Shown: positions 1-9,822 of the stretch, in pieces
How the letters are laid out: every line of letters starts with the position of its first letter
How positions within the stretch are numbered: position 1 is the stretch's first letter
Notes under the pieces: model-generated
What the model saw: only the letters and a program-made list of their open reading frames with translations
What the model was told of the DNA's origin: nothing
Database searches by the model: none
Position numbers and translations under genes: made by a program
From: Alphaproteobacteria bacterium
Lineage (GTDB): Bacteria; Pseudomonadota; Alphaproteobacteria; CBDBCS01
NCBI GenBank assembly: GCA_965203415.1
Contig: CBDBCS010000006.1
Span: 343,789-407,788, forward strand
Length of the DNA: 64,000 nucleotides
Direction of reading: 5' to 3'

Positions 1-608
1 TCGGCGGCGGCACTGGCCTCGTCCAGTAAAGAGGCGTTCGCAACAGCACACCCCGTCAAGTCTGCCACCATCGTCTGATAGATCAGAAGAGCCTCGAGCC
101 TGCCCTGAGAAATCTCGGCCTGATACGGGGTATAGGCCGTGTACCAGGCGGGGTTCTCGAGAAAATTGCGCCGCAAAACCGCCGGCGTGTGACACCCGTA
201 ATAGCCCAACCCAATCAAAGACTTGAGCGAGCGATTCTGACGCGCCCAATGCCGGAGGCGTTCGAGGACTTGCGACTCTTCCCACGGGGCCGCAAGCGAT
301 AAGGGCCGCTTGAGACGCAAGTCCTCTGGCACGGCTTGATGCACAAGCGTTTCTAGGTCCGGAACGCCCAGAGCCCGAAGCATGGTGTGCCGGTCCTCGG
401 GGCGGCTCGGCCCGATGTGACGAGCCGCGAACCCCGAGAAGCCCTGCTCTTCTGCCGCTCCCGAGGATTCCGATGGTCTCGACGGTCCCGAGGATGCCGA
501 GGATGCCGGGGGCGTCCGAGAGGAAGACGAGGCGCCAACCCCTTTCCCAACCGACGCCCGAACCGACGGCGGCCGCTTCCCGGAATGCCCGGGGTCTTCC
601 TCACGCAT
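1..608 (-). CDS. gcvP: glycine dehydrogenase (decarboxylating) GcvP, N-terminal part (runs off window start); Ser/Pro-rich N-terminal extension
   Basis: Manual minus-strand translation gives [46 protein letters not shown]...[71 protein letters not shown], a classic GcvP N-terminus. ATG at 608 overlaps the gcvH stop (ATGCGTGA). Not in the ORF track because it is partial. Confidence 0.85.
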   Translation of the reverse strand, partial: MREEDPGHSGKRPPSVRASVGKGVGASSSSRTPPASSASSGPSRPSESSGAAEEQGFSGFAARHIGPSRPEDRHTMLRALGVPDLETLVHQAVPEDLRLKRPLSLAAPWEESQVLERLRHWARQNRSLKSLIGLGYYGCHTPAVLRRNFLENPAWYTAYTPYQAEISQGRLEALLIYQTMVADLTGCAVANASLLDEASAAA

Positions 609-975
609 TTTCCGCATCGCAGAGCTCCTTATACGCTTTCAGAGTCATAAGTTCCTCCAATTGTGTCTCGTCGGTGAGGCGGAGTTTGACAAACCACCCA
701 TCTTCCTCGGCGTCCGAATTCACGAGCCCCGGCTCGTCTTCCAGGGCGTGGTTGCAATCCACGACCTCGCCGTCCAGAGGCGCAAAGACATCATTGGCGG
801 CCTTCACCGACTCGACGGTCGCGAAGCTGTCGCCTGCTTTGAACTGGTCGCCTTCCGAGGGTAATTCGACGAAAACAACGTCGCCGAGTTGACGCTGGGC
901 ATAGTCGGTGATGCCGATAGTCGCAATATCGCCGTCTATCTCCAGCCATTCGTGGTCTCTTGTGTATCTGCGCAT
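601..975 (-). CDS. gcvH: glycine cleavage system H protein
   Basis: 124 aa; lipoyl-lysine motif region ...[21 protein letters not shown]...; positioned between gcvT and gcvP. Confidence 0.95.
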   Translation of the reverse strand: MRRYTRDHEWLEIDGDIATIGITDYAQRQLGDVVFVELPSEGDQFKAGDSFATVESVKAANDVFAPLDGEVVDCNHALEDEPGLVNSDAEEDGWFVKLRLTDETQLEELMTLKAYKELCDAENA

Positions 976-985
976 AGGGCTCCTT

Positions 986-2221
986 TCAGCTAGAACTTCC
1001 CCGATAAAAACGGGGCTTTAAAAAAGGGAGGGAAACAAATTGCCCGACCAGGCTGGCCTGACGCCGCATGAGACGCACCTCGCCGGACACAGGGGGAGCG
1101 GACGCTCCCCGGACGTGACCGACATACCCCATGGCAATCGGCTTTTCCAGAGAAGGCGAAAAGCCTCCCGAGCTCACGGCCCCTATCGAGGCCCCTGTCG
1201 TATCGGTGATAACGGCTCCTGCTCGGACGGGGGCGCGTCCGTCCAGGATAATTCCGACGCGCCACGCGGCGGGGCCCGTTTGGAGCTCTTCCAGAATCCG
1301 ATTCGCACCGAAGAACCCGCCCTCTTTTCGGCGGCGTTTTCCGATGGTCCAGGCAAGGCCGGCCGCCACGGGCGAAGTCGTCTCGGTGAGTTCCTGGCCA
1401 TAGAGGCACAAGCCTGCCTCCAGCCGCAGCGAATCGCGTGCCCCCAAGCCGGCCGGCCCGACGCGCGGGTCCGAAACCAGAGCGTCCGCTAGAACGGGGG
1501 CGAGCTCGGGGGGCAGAGCTATCTCGAAGCCGTCCTCACCCGTATAACCGCTGCGGGCGACGCGTACAGGCCGACCGTCATAGGTGAAAGTGCCGAAATG
1601 CATGAAAGCCAGTTTCTCGACGCCGGCGATAAGCGTTCCAAGGACAGCGGCGGCGCAGGGGCCCTGGAGGGCCAAGAGAGCGTCTCCAGAGGCCTCTATA
1701 GAGATCGCCGGATAGATCGAGGGGGGTAAATGGGCTCGAAGCCACGCTTCATCGGTCATTTGCCGGCTCGCATTGACGACGAGGCCAAAGCGGTCCGACG
1801 CCAGACGGCTCACAAGCAGGTCATCCAGCACCCCGCCTGATGCATTCGGCAGCACACTATAGCGCATGTGACCGACCGGGAGCTCATGCAAATCCAGAGG
1901 CACGAGTTTCTCCAGGGCTTCCGCCACGCCGGGCCCGGACAGCGTCAGCTGCCCCATGTGCGAAACATCGAAGAGACTCGCTTCCTGGCGCGTCTTATGG
2001 TGCTCGGCCACAATGCCGCCCCCGTAATGGAGCGGTAAAGAAAAACCGGCAAAGGAAACCAGGCGAGCTCCGCGGGCCTTATGCCACGCATGCAGGCACG
2101 TCCGCCGGGGCTGGGCTACGCCCGGATCTAACCCGGGGTCTATCCCGGAATCCACCCCGGAATCTAACCCGGGGGCATCCTGAGAATCGGAGACAATGGG
2201 TTCTCGGTTTTGGTCTTGCAT
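986..2221 (-). CDS. gcvT: glycine cleavage system T protein (aminomethyltransferase), with low-complexity N-terminal extension
   Basis: 411 aa; ...[24 protein letters not shown]...[15 protein letters not shown]... matches GcvT; operon order gcvT-gcvH-gcvP. Confidence 0.9.
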   Translation of the reverse strand: MQDQNREPIVSDSQDAPGLDSGVDSGIDPGLDPGVAQPRRTCLHAWHKARGARLVSFAGFSLPLHYGGGIVAEHHKTRQEASLFDVSHMGQLTLSGPGVAEALEKLVPLDLHELPVGHMRYSVLPNASGGVLDDLLVSRLASDRFGLVVNASRQMTDEAWLRAHLPPSIYPAISIEASGDALLALQGPCAAAVLGTLIAGVEKLAFMHFGTFTYDGRPVRVARSGYTGEDGFEIALPPELAPVLADALVSDPRVGPAGLGARDSLRLEAGLCLYGQELTETTSPVAAGLAWTIGKRRRKEGGFFGANRILEELQTGPAAWRVGIILDGRAPVRAGAVITDTTGASIGAVSSGGFSPSLEKPIAMGYVGHVRGASAPPVSGEVRLMRRQASLVGQFVSLPFLKPRFYRGSSS

Positions 2222-2274
2222 GATCGAATCGGGAGGCCGCCGGCAAGAGCGGACTCCTTAAACGTATCGCATGC

Positions 2275-2531
2275 GCAAGACCTCCTCTGTCTTCGGAACC
2301 TGAGAGCATACTTCCCGGCGGTGTGCCGGAACCCCTTCGGCGGGTCTCTCGGACGGTCGGACGGCAAGCGTCCCGAGGCCGAGCGACCTCTTTCCAGAGT
2401 GCTCTGTATCCAGCGGCGGTCTTTGGGCCTGAGAGCTTACGAGGCCTATTCCCCTTCGGCGAAGCGGCCTCTTTTCTGCGATTGCGTCGCAAAAACGCAA
2501 ACAAAAAAGAGAACAGCTTTCTCTCCCGCCA
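2275..2531 (-). promoter_or_regulatory. tandem (two-aptamer) glycine riboswitch in the gcvT 5' UTR
   Basis: Reverse complement reads GGGAGAGAAAGC...CGCCGAAGGGGAA...CTCTCAGGCCCAAAGACCGCC (aptamer 1), then CACTCTGGAAAGAGG...ACCCGCCGAAGGGGTTCC...CTCTCAGGTTCCGAAGACAGAGG (aptamer 2). These match the conserved GGAGAG / ACCGAAGGGG / CUCAGG..AAGAC cores of the gcvT element. Sits directly upstream of the gcvT start. Confidence 0.75.
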
Positions 2532-2580
2532 CGGCTTTAGAGCATACGTGCACCCTCAACGTACGCTCTTTCGAACCGAA

Positions 2581-2664
2581 TGTCAAGCGGGTACCCCGTT
2601 CTGTCAAGCGGGTACCCCGTTCTGTCAAGCGGGTGCCCCGTTCTGTCAAGCGGGTGCCCCGCTT
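2581..2664. repeat. 4 x 21-bp direct repeats (TGTCAAGCGGGT[A/G]CCCCGTTC) 50-130 bp upstream of the riboswitch start, at the gcv promoter
   Basis: Directly visible tandem copies at 2581, 2602, 2623 and 2644; the ORF-track peptide MTERGTRLTERGTRL is their translation artefact. Confidence 0.9.
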
Positions 2665-2708
2665 CCGCCTATCAGAGCTCCCTATCAGGCCGGCCTCCCT
2701 TTGGCGGG

Positions 2709-3938
2709 CTATGGAGGCGAATCCCCAGCTGCGGGATACAGGGCCAAGGTTGCTCTTTTGGTCTCTTGGGTGAGAGCCGTCAGAAGCTTATCGCTCCAGA
2801 CTTCCGCGCGGTGAGGCGCATGCGCCTCGGCTTTTTCCAGCTCCCGCATCAGCAGGAGCGGCACGAACGCATAAGCCGGCTCCCTCGGCACGGCGAGCCA
2901 CGCATGGAGAAACCGCCGCGCCGGGCCCCACAACGAGGCCCGCAAAGCCGTCTCGACGAGCAGGTGGTACTCCAGGTCGGTCTTCGGCTTCTGGAGCAGC
3001 TCGTCCAAAGCCCGCATTTTTTCCAACGGCGTGACCGCTCCCCGCGCCCGGCAATACAGAGCCGCCAATTTCCAACTCTGGCACGCTCGCCAGTTCTGGC
3101 GAATCTGTTTCTGGACTTGACGGAACTGTTTCGCCTCGATCAGGAGCTCGGCATGGCGTTGCAAATAGGCTTCGGGGTGATACGCGGCCGCGGATTCGGC
3201 ATCCATCAAGACTTGTTTCTCACGCGAGGCAGCCCGAGACAGCACATCATAAGACCGCCCTAAAAGCGGATTTAAGGGCTCCCGCCGCGGCGGCGGCAGT
3301 TTCTCCAGACGCCCCAGAACCGCCCGCGCCTGGGCCTCGTGCCCGCTTTCCAGGAGATTCGGCACCAGGAGAACATCCAAAGCCAAACAATTGGAGGCGG
3401 CCCCTGGCTGGACGGTCTGGAGGGCCTCCAGAGCCAGCTGATGGCGCGCCTCGCCCGGACTGGCCTGATGCAGCCGATGCACAAAGGCCAGAGGCGTCAG
3501 CCAAACCGAGGCCGCCAGCACTGAACGCGCGCGCTGTCGGTCGCGCTCTTCCTGGACGAGTTCGGACACGAACAGAGCCGCAATCTTGTCTCGAGGCTCC
3601 GTCCGCAAAGCCTGCGAGAAGAACTTGCCCGCCATGGTCGAGTCCTCGTTTTTGAGGTGGAAAAAGGCTTGCTCCATCATTTTTTTCTGTGCCCCCGCCC
3701 GATTGTCGTGCAGTGCGCGGAACAAAGACGAAAAAAGACGCCGCGTCCGAAAAATCCAGCTCAAAAGCCAGTGATACACCAGGACAATCCCCAAAAGCGC
3801 GAGCAAAAGCGCCGTGACCGAGCCCTCTATGTGCCACTGATAAAACTTGAGCTCAAAGGCGTTCTCTGGGTGCGAAAGCCAGACAAGTCCGCCAATCGCG
3901 GCGAATACCAGGCCGATTCTCACGAAGAAGAACATCAT
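2709..3938 (-). CDS. HemY-like TPR membrane protein (heme-biosynthesis-cluster associated)
   Basis: 409 aa; two N-terminal TM helices followed by TPR-like helical repeats. ATGA start/stop overlap with the upstream mic60-like gene. Conserved position after hemC-hemD-mic60 in alphaproteobacteria. Confidence 0.75.
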   Translation of the reverse strand: MMFFFVRIGLVFAAIGGLVWLSHPENAFELKFYQWHIEGSVTALLLALLGIVLVYHWLLSWIFRTRRLFSSLFRALHDNRAGAQKKMMEQAFFHLKNEDSTMAGKFFSQALRTEPRDKIAALFVSELVQEERDRQRARSVLAASVWLTPLAFVHRLHQASPGEARHQLALEALQTVQPGAASNCLALDVLLVPNLLESGHEAQARAVLGRLEKLPPPRREPLNPLLGRSYDVLSRAASREKQVLMDAESAAAYHPEAYLQRHAELLIEAKQFRQVQKQIRQNWRACQSWKLAALYCRARGAVTPLEKMRALDELLQKPKTDLEYHLLVETALRASLWGPARRFLHAWLAVPREPAYAFVPLLLMRELEKAEAHAPHRAEVWSDKLLTALTQETKRATLALYPAAGDSPP

Positions 3939-5896
3939 GGGAACGCGGTTCCTTCCGCCTCGCCGGGAAGCGTCCCCGCCGCGGCGCGCCCATAGTGGTT
4001 ATCTAAATCCCGGGCAAGCCGCACAAGAGCCCCATCCGCCCGCAAACGCAACGCCAAAGCCGACCTCAAGGATTCGAGGCTGCTGTAAGAACTCCAGCCA
4101 AGCCGCGTTAAATGCGTGTCGAACAGACGCCAATTGTGGCCTAAAGCCGCCGTATCCAGAGCCGATACCGATAGGCCGCCCGCGGCGGGGCTTTCCGGGC
4201 TTTCCGGGCCGCCCGGATGACCCAGGCCGTAGGGATTGTCGCGACTCACGCGGAACAGGCTGAAAAAACGAGCCCGAAGACGCTCCCAGAGCGTCTGAGC
4301 CTCGAGTTCGCCCGCCTCCGCCACGGCTTTGAGACGGTTCTGAAGATAAAGGAGCTCTAAACTGGCATCCGAGGGAACTCCTGACGCCGCAAACCCACGC
4401 AGAGCCACCAGAGAAGCGTCCTCTTCCAGACCCGGGGGCAGCCATCGTTCCAGAAGCCTCAGAGGCGTTTCAAAACTGGTGCCGCTGCGAACCGCCTCGC
4501 GGAGTTCCAACAGACGCAGCTGAGCAGCAATATAACGATAGTCTCGGAACCGGTTGGTCGTTCTGACAAGAGCCTCGAGCCGTTCTGTGTGGTCTTCGAG
4601 GGCATCGGCAAGACGCTCTAAATGCGCCGCAGAGAGCGCCTGATTCGCCCGAAAAGCCGATTGTTGGTCGTCCAGACGCTCTAGACGCGCCTCCAAGCCC
4701 GAGAGACGCGTCTGGAGATCCGCAAGACGGGCCGCCAGGGCGGCCTGGGCCGAACGGTCCAGGGAAGCCGGGGAAACTGGCGAGACTGGCGGAAGTGGCG
4801 ATTCAGCAACGACCTCCGGCGGCGGCGTAGACGAGGGAGGCGGCGACAAGGGCACCGTATCAGCCGCCGGCGGGGCCGGGGCCGAACCAGCCGGGGCCGA
4901 ACCATCGGGAGAAACAGCCAAAGGTACCGGGGGCACCGCGGGCACCGCAGGCACCGCGTCGGACACAGGCCCGGATACAGGTCCGGACACAGACTCAGAT
5001 ACAGACTCGGGGGCAGAGGGCAAACCGATAAGCGTCAAAAGCTCCGAACTAAAAAAATAGAGCCCGCCCCCACCGAGACCTCCCAGCACCAGGAGAACCC
5101 CCAAAAGCCTAAGCCCCGGAATCCGAAACCGAGAAGGCCGCGGAGCTCGAGAAGCCCCCCGAGAATTTCCCTGGGCCCGAACGGAGGCCGCCTCGCCCGC
5201 GGCGGGAGCTTCGCTCTGCGAAGCTGGACGGCGGCCGCTGGGCTCCGGTTTGCCGGGAGAAGCCGACGCGTCCGGCTCCGGAGGCGAAGCCGCTTGCCGG
5301 GGAGAGGCCTCTCCGGCGTGTCCCTCTCCGACTCCGGCGGCGGACGAGGGCCTCGTCCGCCCAGACCCGCCGGCCAAAAACGGCCGCCGAAAGAGAGATT
5401 TCCCTCTGCCCAAGCCTGCCTCTTGGCTCGAAGGCTCTTTTTCAGACGGGGCCGATATCGATACGTTCTCGGGAGTTTCGGGGTTCCCGGGATTCTCGGG
5501 GTTCTCGGGGGTTTCGCTGCTGTTCTCGACGGCCGGCGGTTCCGCAGCGGCAGCAGCGGCGGCCGGTTCTGCGGGAGACGGCGAGGCAACCGAGATAACC
5601 GGGGCAACCGAAGCAACCGAAGCAACTGGGGGCACCGCCTCCCGAGCCAAGCCGATAGCGTCTAGATCCACACGATAAGCCAGCACGGCTTTCTCGATTT
5701 GAGCCAAACGGTTTTCGGGAATACGGCCTCGGCGCTGCCACCCTTGGAGCGTCGAAAAACTGACGCTCAATTTACGCGCCGCCGGACGCAGCCCCCCCAG
5801 CGCATCGATCAGGCTCTGGATCTCGTCCGGCGTGCGGGGCGGCCGCCAACCCACGCCCTCCCCCACGCCTCCCCCCACGGAGCCCTCCGTCGTCAC
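3935..5896 (-). CDS. Mic60/mitofilin-like membrane protein (alphaproteobacterial), with N-terminal HTH-like domain and long Pro/Ala/Ser/Glu-rich linker
   Basis: 653 aa; single TM (LRLLGVLLVLGGLGGGGLYFF), coiled-coil region, C-terminal mitofilin-like region (..LGHNWRLFDTHLTRLGW..). GTGA overlap with the hemD stop supports the long N-terminus being translated. Gene context hemC-hemD-X-hemY. Confidence 0.65.
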   Translation of the reverse strand: MTTEGSVGGGVGEGVGWRPPRTPDEIQSLIDALGGLRPAARKLSVSFSTLQGWQRRGRIPENRLAQIEKAVLAYRVDLDAIGLAREAVPPVASVASVAPVISVASPSPAEPAAAAAAAEPPAVENSSETPENPENPGNPETPENVSISAPSEKEPSSQEAGLGRGKSLFRRPFLAGGSGRTRPSSAAGVGEGHAGEASPRQAASPPEPDASASPGKPEPSGRRPASQSEAPAAGEAASVRAQGNSRGASRAPRPSRFRIPGLRLLGVLLVLGGLGGGGLYFFSSELLTLIGLPSAPESVSESVSGPVSGPVSDAVPAVPAVPPVPLAVSPDGSAPAGSAPAPPAADTVPLSPPPSSTPPPEVVAESPLPPVSPVSPASLDRSAQAALAARLADLQTRLSGLEARLERLDDQQSAFRANQALSAAHLERLADALEDHTERLEALVRTTNRFRDYRYIAAQLRLLELREAVRSGTSFETPLRLLERWLPPGLEEDASLVALRGFAASGVPSDASLELLYLQNRLKAVAEAGELEAQTLWERLRARFFSLFRVSRDNPYGLGHPGGPESPESPAAGGLSVSALDTAALGHNWRLFDTHLTRLGWSSYSSLESLRSALALRLRADGALVRLARDLDNHYGRAAAGTLPGEAEGTAFP

Positions 5897-6747
5897 TTGA
5901 CTGTCTCCTCGAGCGAACGCGCAGACACTCCAAAACGCGCAACCAGTGCCTCCAAAAGAGCCTGCTGACTGGGCTCGGCCGCGACGTCAACCCGCATAAA
6001 AGGACGCAGACGCGCCGCCACGGCCTCCGAGATCGCAAAAGCCCGAAGCTGAAACAGCCCCTGCCAGTTCCGTTTTGTCACGGCCTCCAGGAAAAGCCCC
6101 GCCGCCCGAGCCGAATAAAACAAGATTCCCTCGCACGCCTGAAGCTTCTGCACTGGTGGTGCGGCGTCCTCTGCCTCGATTCTGGCGTCCGCCCGATAGA
6201 TGGTTTCAATCTGCATGTCGTAATGTCTAGCAAGGTCCTCCAGGACTTTTACCGATTTTTCGTGACAATGTACAGACGAGAGATACAAGATACGGCGGGT
6301 CGGGTCGGGTCGAATCGCCTCCATCAGGCATAAAGCGAGTGCCTCCAGGCCGACCGGGGTCGAGGTGACGCGGCAAAACCCAAGCTGACGCGCCAAAAGA
6401 CCCGCCTGAGCCCCCGCCGAATAAAGCGGCATATGGTGCCGCACGCCGGCGACTTCAGACTCGGGGTAGGCACGCAGATAAGACGCCAGAGCCCGGACTG
6501 CATTCCGCGAACTCACGGCCACCGCGTCAAATGCCACAAGCTGAGACGGCGTCATCTCGAGCGGCACAGAGCTCAAATGCGTCAGAGGCCAGGCTACAAC
6601 GTGCCAGCCGTGACGCTCCAAAAGCGTTTGCGTGGTCACATTATCCGGAAACGGGCGGGTCAGAACTAGAGAAACCAAGAACTCAACACTCTTAAAACAA
6701 GCCTGGAAAAAAACGAGCCTAGGCGAGCCTAGGCTCCAATCGAGCAT
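5893..6747 (-). CDS. hemD: uroporphyrinogen-III synthase (ORF extends to 6837; true start probably internal, near ...LVSLVLTRPF)
   Basis: HemD-like sequence (VLTRP motif near the N-terminus, two-domain alpha/beta composition). Position directly after hemC. Start uncertain. Confidence 0.7.
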   Translation of the reverse strand: MLDWSLGSPRLVFFQACFKSVEFLVSLVLTRPFPDNVTTQTLLERHGWHVVAWPLTHLSSVPLEMTPSQLVAFDAVAVSSRNAVRALASYLRAYPESEVAGVRHHMPLYSAGAQAGLLARQLGFCRVTSTPVGLEALALCLMEAIRPDPTRRILYLSSVHCHEKSVKVLEDLARHYDMQIETIYRADARIEAEDAAPPVQKLQACEGILFYSARAAGLFLEAVTKRNWQGLFQLRAFAISEAVAARLRPFMRVDVAAEPSQQALLEALVARFGVSARSLEETVK

Positions 6748-7721
6748 AGATGCCGGTGCCCCGGGGGTATTTTGGACTTGAGTTCCTCGCCGAAATGGGC
6801 TCCGAAGGCGTGGCAGGCCTCGGCGGAGTCCACCCAATGCGTCCGATCGTGGTGGAACGCGAAACGACCTTGAGGATGCAGCACCATACCACGCAAGCGG
6901 AGACGCCCTCCCGCTGGGGGGGGCGCCTCGGATTCGGCAAATTCGGTAAACTCGTCAAATTCGGCATAGAGTCCGATAGGCGCGGTGCATGTCCCATCCA
7001 AGACCTCTAAGGCGGCGCGCTCGGTGGTCATACGCCAGAAACTCTTGGTGTGATTCGCCCGAGCCAAGAGCTCGACCAGGGCCGCCAAAGAGGGATGGGA
7101 CGCCGCCACCTGAAGCACCACAATCCCTTGGCAGGCCGCCGGCAGAAAGACAGAAAAAGGTAGCGAAAAACCGCGCGTCAGACCGAGCCTCTGCAGGCCA
7201 GCCCGGGCGAGGATGATGGCATCGAACGCCCCTGTGTCCAGCTGATGAAGGCGCCGGGGGAGATTGCCTCGCAAAAGCCTGCAACGCAAATCCGGACGCT
7301 GAGACAAACACTGCGCCTGGCGACGTATCGAAGCGGTCCCAAGCACCGCTCCGACCGGCAGAGTCTCTAGAGACTGCGCCTCAGGTGCGCGCGTCAATAA
7401 AACATCGGAGGGGTCCAGAGCTTCCAGAGCGGCCTCCAGGCGCAAGCCGGGGGCCAGGCGGGTCTCCACGTCTTTAGCCGAGTGCACCGCCACATCAATC
7501 GCACCGTCCATCAGAGCTTTCTCGAGGCCGCGCACAAAAACAGATTTGCCGCCCATCTCGGCGATGGAGCGGTCCAAACGGTCGTCCGCCGGCACACGCA
7601 TGGGCACAAGCTCTGTGGTGAGGCTCGGGTCCACCCGCCGCAGAGCTTCTTCAGCAGCCTGGCACTGGCGCCGCGCGAGCGCAGACCCACGCGTGCCAAG
7701 ACGGAGATGGCGGAGCGTCAT
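6729..7721 (-). CDS. hemC: porphobilinogen deaminase (hydroxymethylbilane synthase); ORF extends to 7898 but the conserved N-terminus MTLRHLRLGTRGSALA begins near 7721
   Basis: ...LRLGTRGSALARRQ... and ...LLRGNLPRRLHQLDTGAFDAIILARAGLQRLGL... are HemC signatures. Confidence 0.9.
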   Translation of the reverse strand: MTLRHLRLGTRGSALARRQCQAAEEALRRVDPSLTTELVPMRVPADDRLDRSIAEMGGKSVFVRGLEKALMDGAIDVAVHSAKDVETRLAPGLRLEAALEALDPSDVLLTRAPEAQSLETLPVGAVLGTASIRRQAQCLSQRPDLRCRLLRGNLPRRLHQLDTGAFDAIILARAGLQRLGLTRGFSLPFSVFLPAACQGIVVLQVAASHPSLAALVELLARANHTKSFWRMTTERAALEVLDGTCTAPIGLYAEFDEFTEFAESEAPPPAGGRLRLRGMVLHPQGRFAFHHDRTHWVDSAEACHAFGAHFGEELKSKIPPGHRHLCSIGA

Positions 7722-7737
7722 AAAGCGACAAACCCTA

Positions 7738-9363
7738 TCACGAAGACGAAAAGCGTCCGGCTTTGGACTCGTCCCCGGATGTTTCGGATTTTTCGGGGTG
7801 GGTGTCTGGATCATCGCCCGCCCCCGCCAGAGGCGCCCATCGACGCTGCAACCCCGCCAGACGCGTGGTGGTGGAATAGCCCTCCAGCAGCGGCACAAGA
7901 TGGAGGCGGCCGCCTGCGGCTTCCACGCTTTGACGTCCGACGACTTGGTCGGCTTGATAATCGCCCCCCTTCACGAGAACATCGGGCTTTAGGAGCTCTA
8001 TGAGCTCCAGAGGCGTATCCTGATCGAAGACAACCACCAAATCCACGCAGGCGAAGGCGGCTAAAAGACGTTCGCGCTCGGCCAGCGGGCAAACGGGACG
8101 CGTCGGCCCCTTGAGACGCCGAACCGAGGCATCGCTATTGAGACCCACAACCAGCCGGTCGCCTTGAGCTCGAGCAGCTTCCAGAACGTGCAGATGGCCG
8201 GCGTGCAAGAAATCGAAACACCCATTGGTGAAGCAGATACTCTGCCCCCGAGACTTCCAGACTCGGACGCGTACCGCGGCCGCCGGCCAGCCCGCGAGCT
8301 TGTCGCGCTTGTCGCTGTAAAGAGCATCCTGAGGAAAAAAACGCCCGCCATATTCGTCCAAAATTTCCTCCAGAGTTGCGGTGGCTGTCAGGCGTTTCGC
8401 GACCACGACGCCGGCGGCTCGATTCGCAAATTCGGCCGCCGCCGGCGGAGCAATCCCCAGAGCCAAGGCCGCCGTAAAAGCGGCCACCACCGTGTCGCCG
8501 GCGCCTGTGACGTTGAAGACCTCTCGGGCTCGAGTCGGCAGGTGAAAAGCCTGTTTCGTGGTCACCAGGCTCATCCCGTTTTCGCTGCGCGTCGCCAGAA
8601 CATTGCGGATACGGTAGGTCGACATAATCTTTCGGCAAGCTCGTTCGATCTCGGCGTCGGTGCCGGTCGGGAGGCCGCCTGAAACGGCCGATAATTCGGC
8701 ACGGTTCGGGGTCACATAGCTTGCGCCTCTGTAGTGAGAAAAACTGCGCGCCCGAGGGTCCACCAAAACCGGCAGGTTCCGTTTACGCCCCAGCTCGACC
8801 AATTTCTGAGTCAGAGACTCGGACAAAAGCCCTTTCTGATAGTCCGATAAAATCAGGGCTCGGGCGTGGTGGCTTTCGTGCTCGGCGTGGGCCAGCAGAG
8901 CGGCCTCTGCCGCCGCCGAGATCGGCTGAAAGCGCTCTTGGTCGAGGCGCAAAATCTGGTTCTGCGTTGTCCCCATCCGCGTTTTAATCGGCGTCTGGCG
9001 TGCGGCTTCGGTCACAATCCGAACGCGAGCGTGCGGGGCGGCGGCGGCGAGGTCTCGGATTTTTCTGGCGCCCTCGTCTTCGCCCAGAACGGTCAAAAGG
9101 ACAGAGCCTATCCCCAGACGCAGAAGATTGCGGTGCACATTGCCGGCACCGCCTAGGATCTCCATTTCCTCTTCCTGGATGAGGATGGGGATGGGGGCTT
9201 CGGGCGAGATGCGCTCTACGCGGCCGTCTATGTAGCGGTCCAAAATCACATCGCCGACCACGAGGACGCGACAATTTTCCGCCTGAGCGAAGGCCTCTCG
9301 TATCTGCTGGAGCGACAGACTCCGTTCCACGCCGAAATGCATGCCGGGAGACGTTACAGACAC
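7738..9363 (-). CDS. hldE: bifunctional D-beta-D-heptose 7-phosphate kinase / D-beta-D-heptose 1-phosphate adenylyltransferase, with C-terminal acidic tail
   Basis: 541 aa; N-terminal ribokinase-like sugar kinase domain (GGAGNV..., ...NVTGAGDT...) and C-terminal cytidylyltransferase-like domain (ICFTNGCFDFLHAGHLHVLEAA). Confidence 0.9.
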   Translation of the reverse strand: MSVTSPGMHFGVERSLSLQQIREAFAQAENCRVLVVGDVILDRYIDGRVERISPEAPIPILIQEEEMEILGGAGNVHRNLLRLGIGSVLLTVLGEDEGARKIRDLAAAAPHARVRIVTEAARQTPIKTRMGTTQNQILRLDQERFQPISAAAEAALLAHAEHESHHARALILSDYQKGLLSESLTQKLVELGRKRNLPVLVDPRARSFSHYRGASYVTPNRAELSAVSGGLPTGTDAEIERACRKIMSTYRIRNVLATRSENGMSLVTTKQAFHLPTRAREVFNVTGAGDTVVAAFTAALALGIAPPAAAEFANRAAGVVVAKRLTATATLEEILDEYGGRFFPQDALYSDKRDKLAGWPAAAVRVRVWKSRGQSICFTNGCFDFLHAGHLHVLEAARAQGDRLVVGLNSDASVRRLKGPTRPVCPLAERERLLAAFACVDLVVVFDQDTPLELIELLKPDVLVKGGDYQADQVVGRQSVEAAGGRLHLVPLLEGYSTTTRLAGLQRRWAPLAGAGDDPDTHPEKSETSGDESKAGRFSSS

Positions 9364-9822
9364 GTCGTTGACTCTCTATTGGGGTGTCCTCGCGTCAGAG
9401 CTTCTGCTCTGCCAGCGAGCGACGGGCTCCACATACCCCGGAAAATGAACCGGGAAATTATCCGGGGACCTAAACGAAAACTAAACAAGTCCACACAAAA
9501 AACCGAAAAACAGACCACACAAAATTGACAGAACGAAACAAAAGGCCTATAAGCAAACGGGCCTCGACGCATCCCGGGAGATTCCTGAGTGTCCCGAGAC
9601 GTTCCCCGGGAGGTTCCTGGGAGTCCAGGAACCTCGCAGAGCCGCAGCGGGGGCCAGGACTCTACCGGACCTCGCCGCCCGTTTTGTCCCGGGATTAACG
9701 TTTTATCGTGCCTCCGGTACGTCTGCTGGCGTCTGCCGGTTCGAGGGCCTCTGTTCTGCCCCATAGACAAGCACATTTTTTCTTTTTTGACAAGGAACCC
9801 CCAAGGAATTCATGAGTCCATG

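Noticed and set aside
353-892. ORFs 353..604(-), 387..650(+), 473..892(+)
   Set aside because: Arg/Pro-rich alternative-frame products overlapping gcvP/gcvH; the real minus-strand gcvP frame (manually translated) gives a conserved GcvP N-terminus.
2446-2649. ORF 2446..2649(-) MTERGTRLTERGTRLTERGTRL...
   Set aside because: Translation of the 21-bp tandem repeats at the gcv promoter, not a gene.
4681-5741. Multiple Arg/Pro-rich ORFs (4681..4905, 5035..5625, 5250..5678, 5294..5665, 5442..5741) inside the mic60-like gene
   Set aside because: Alternative frames of a GC-rich, repeat-rich region; the 653-aa frame has TM, coiled-coil and mitofilin-like features and translational coupling to hemD and hemY.
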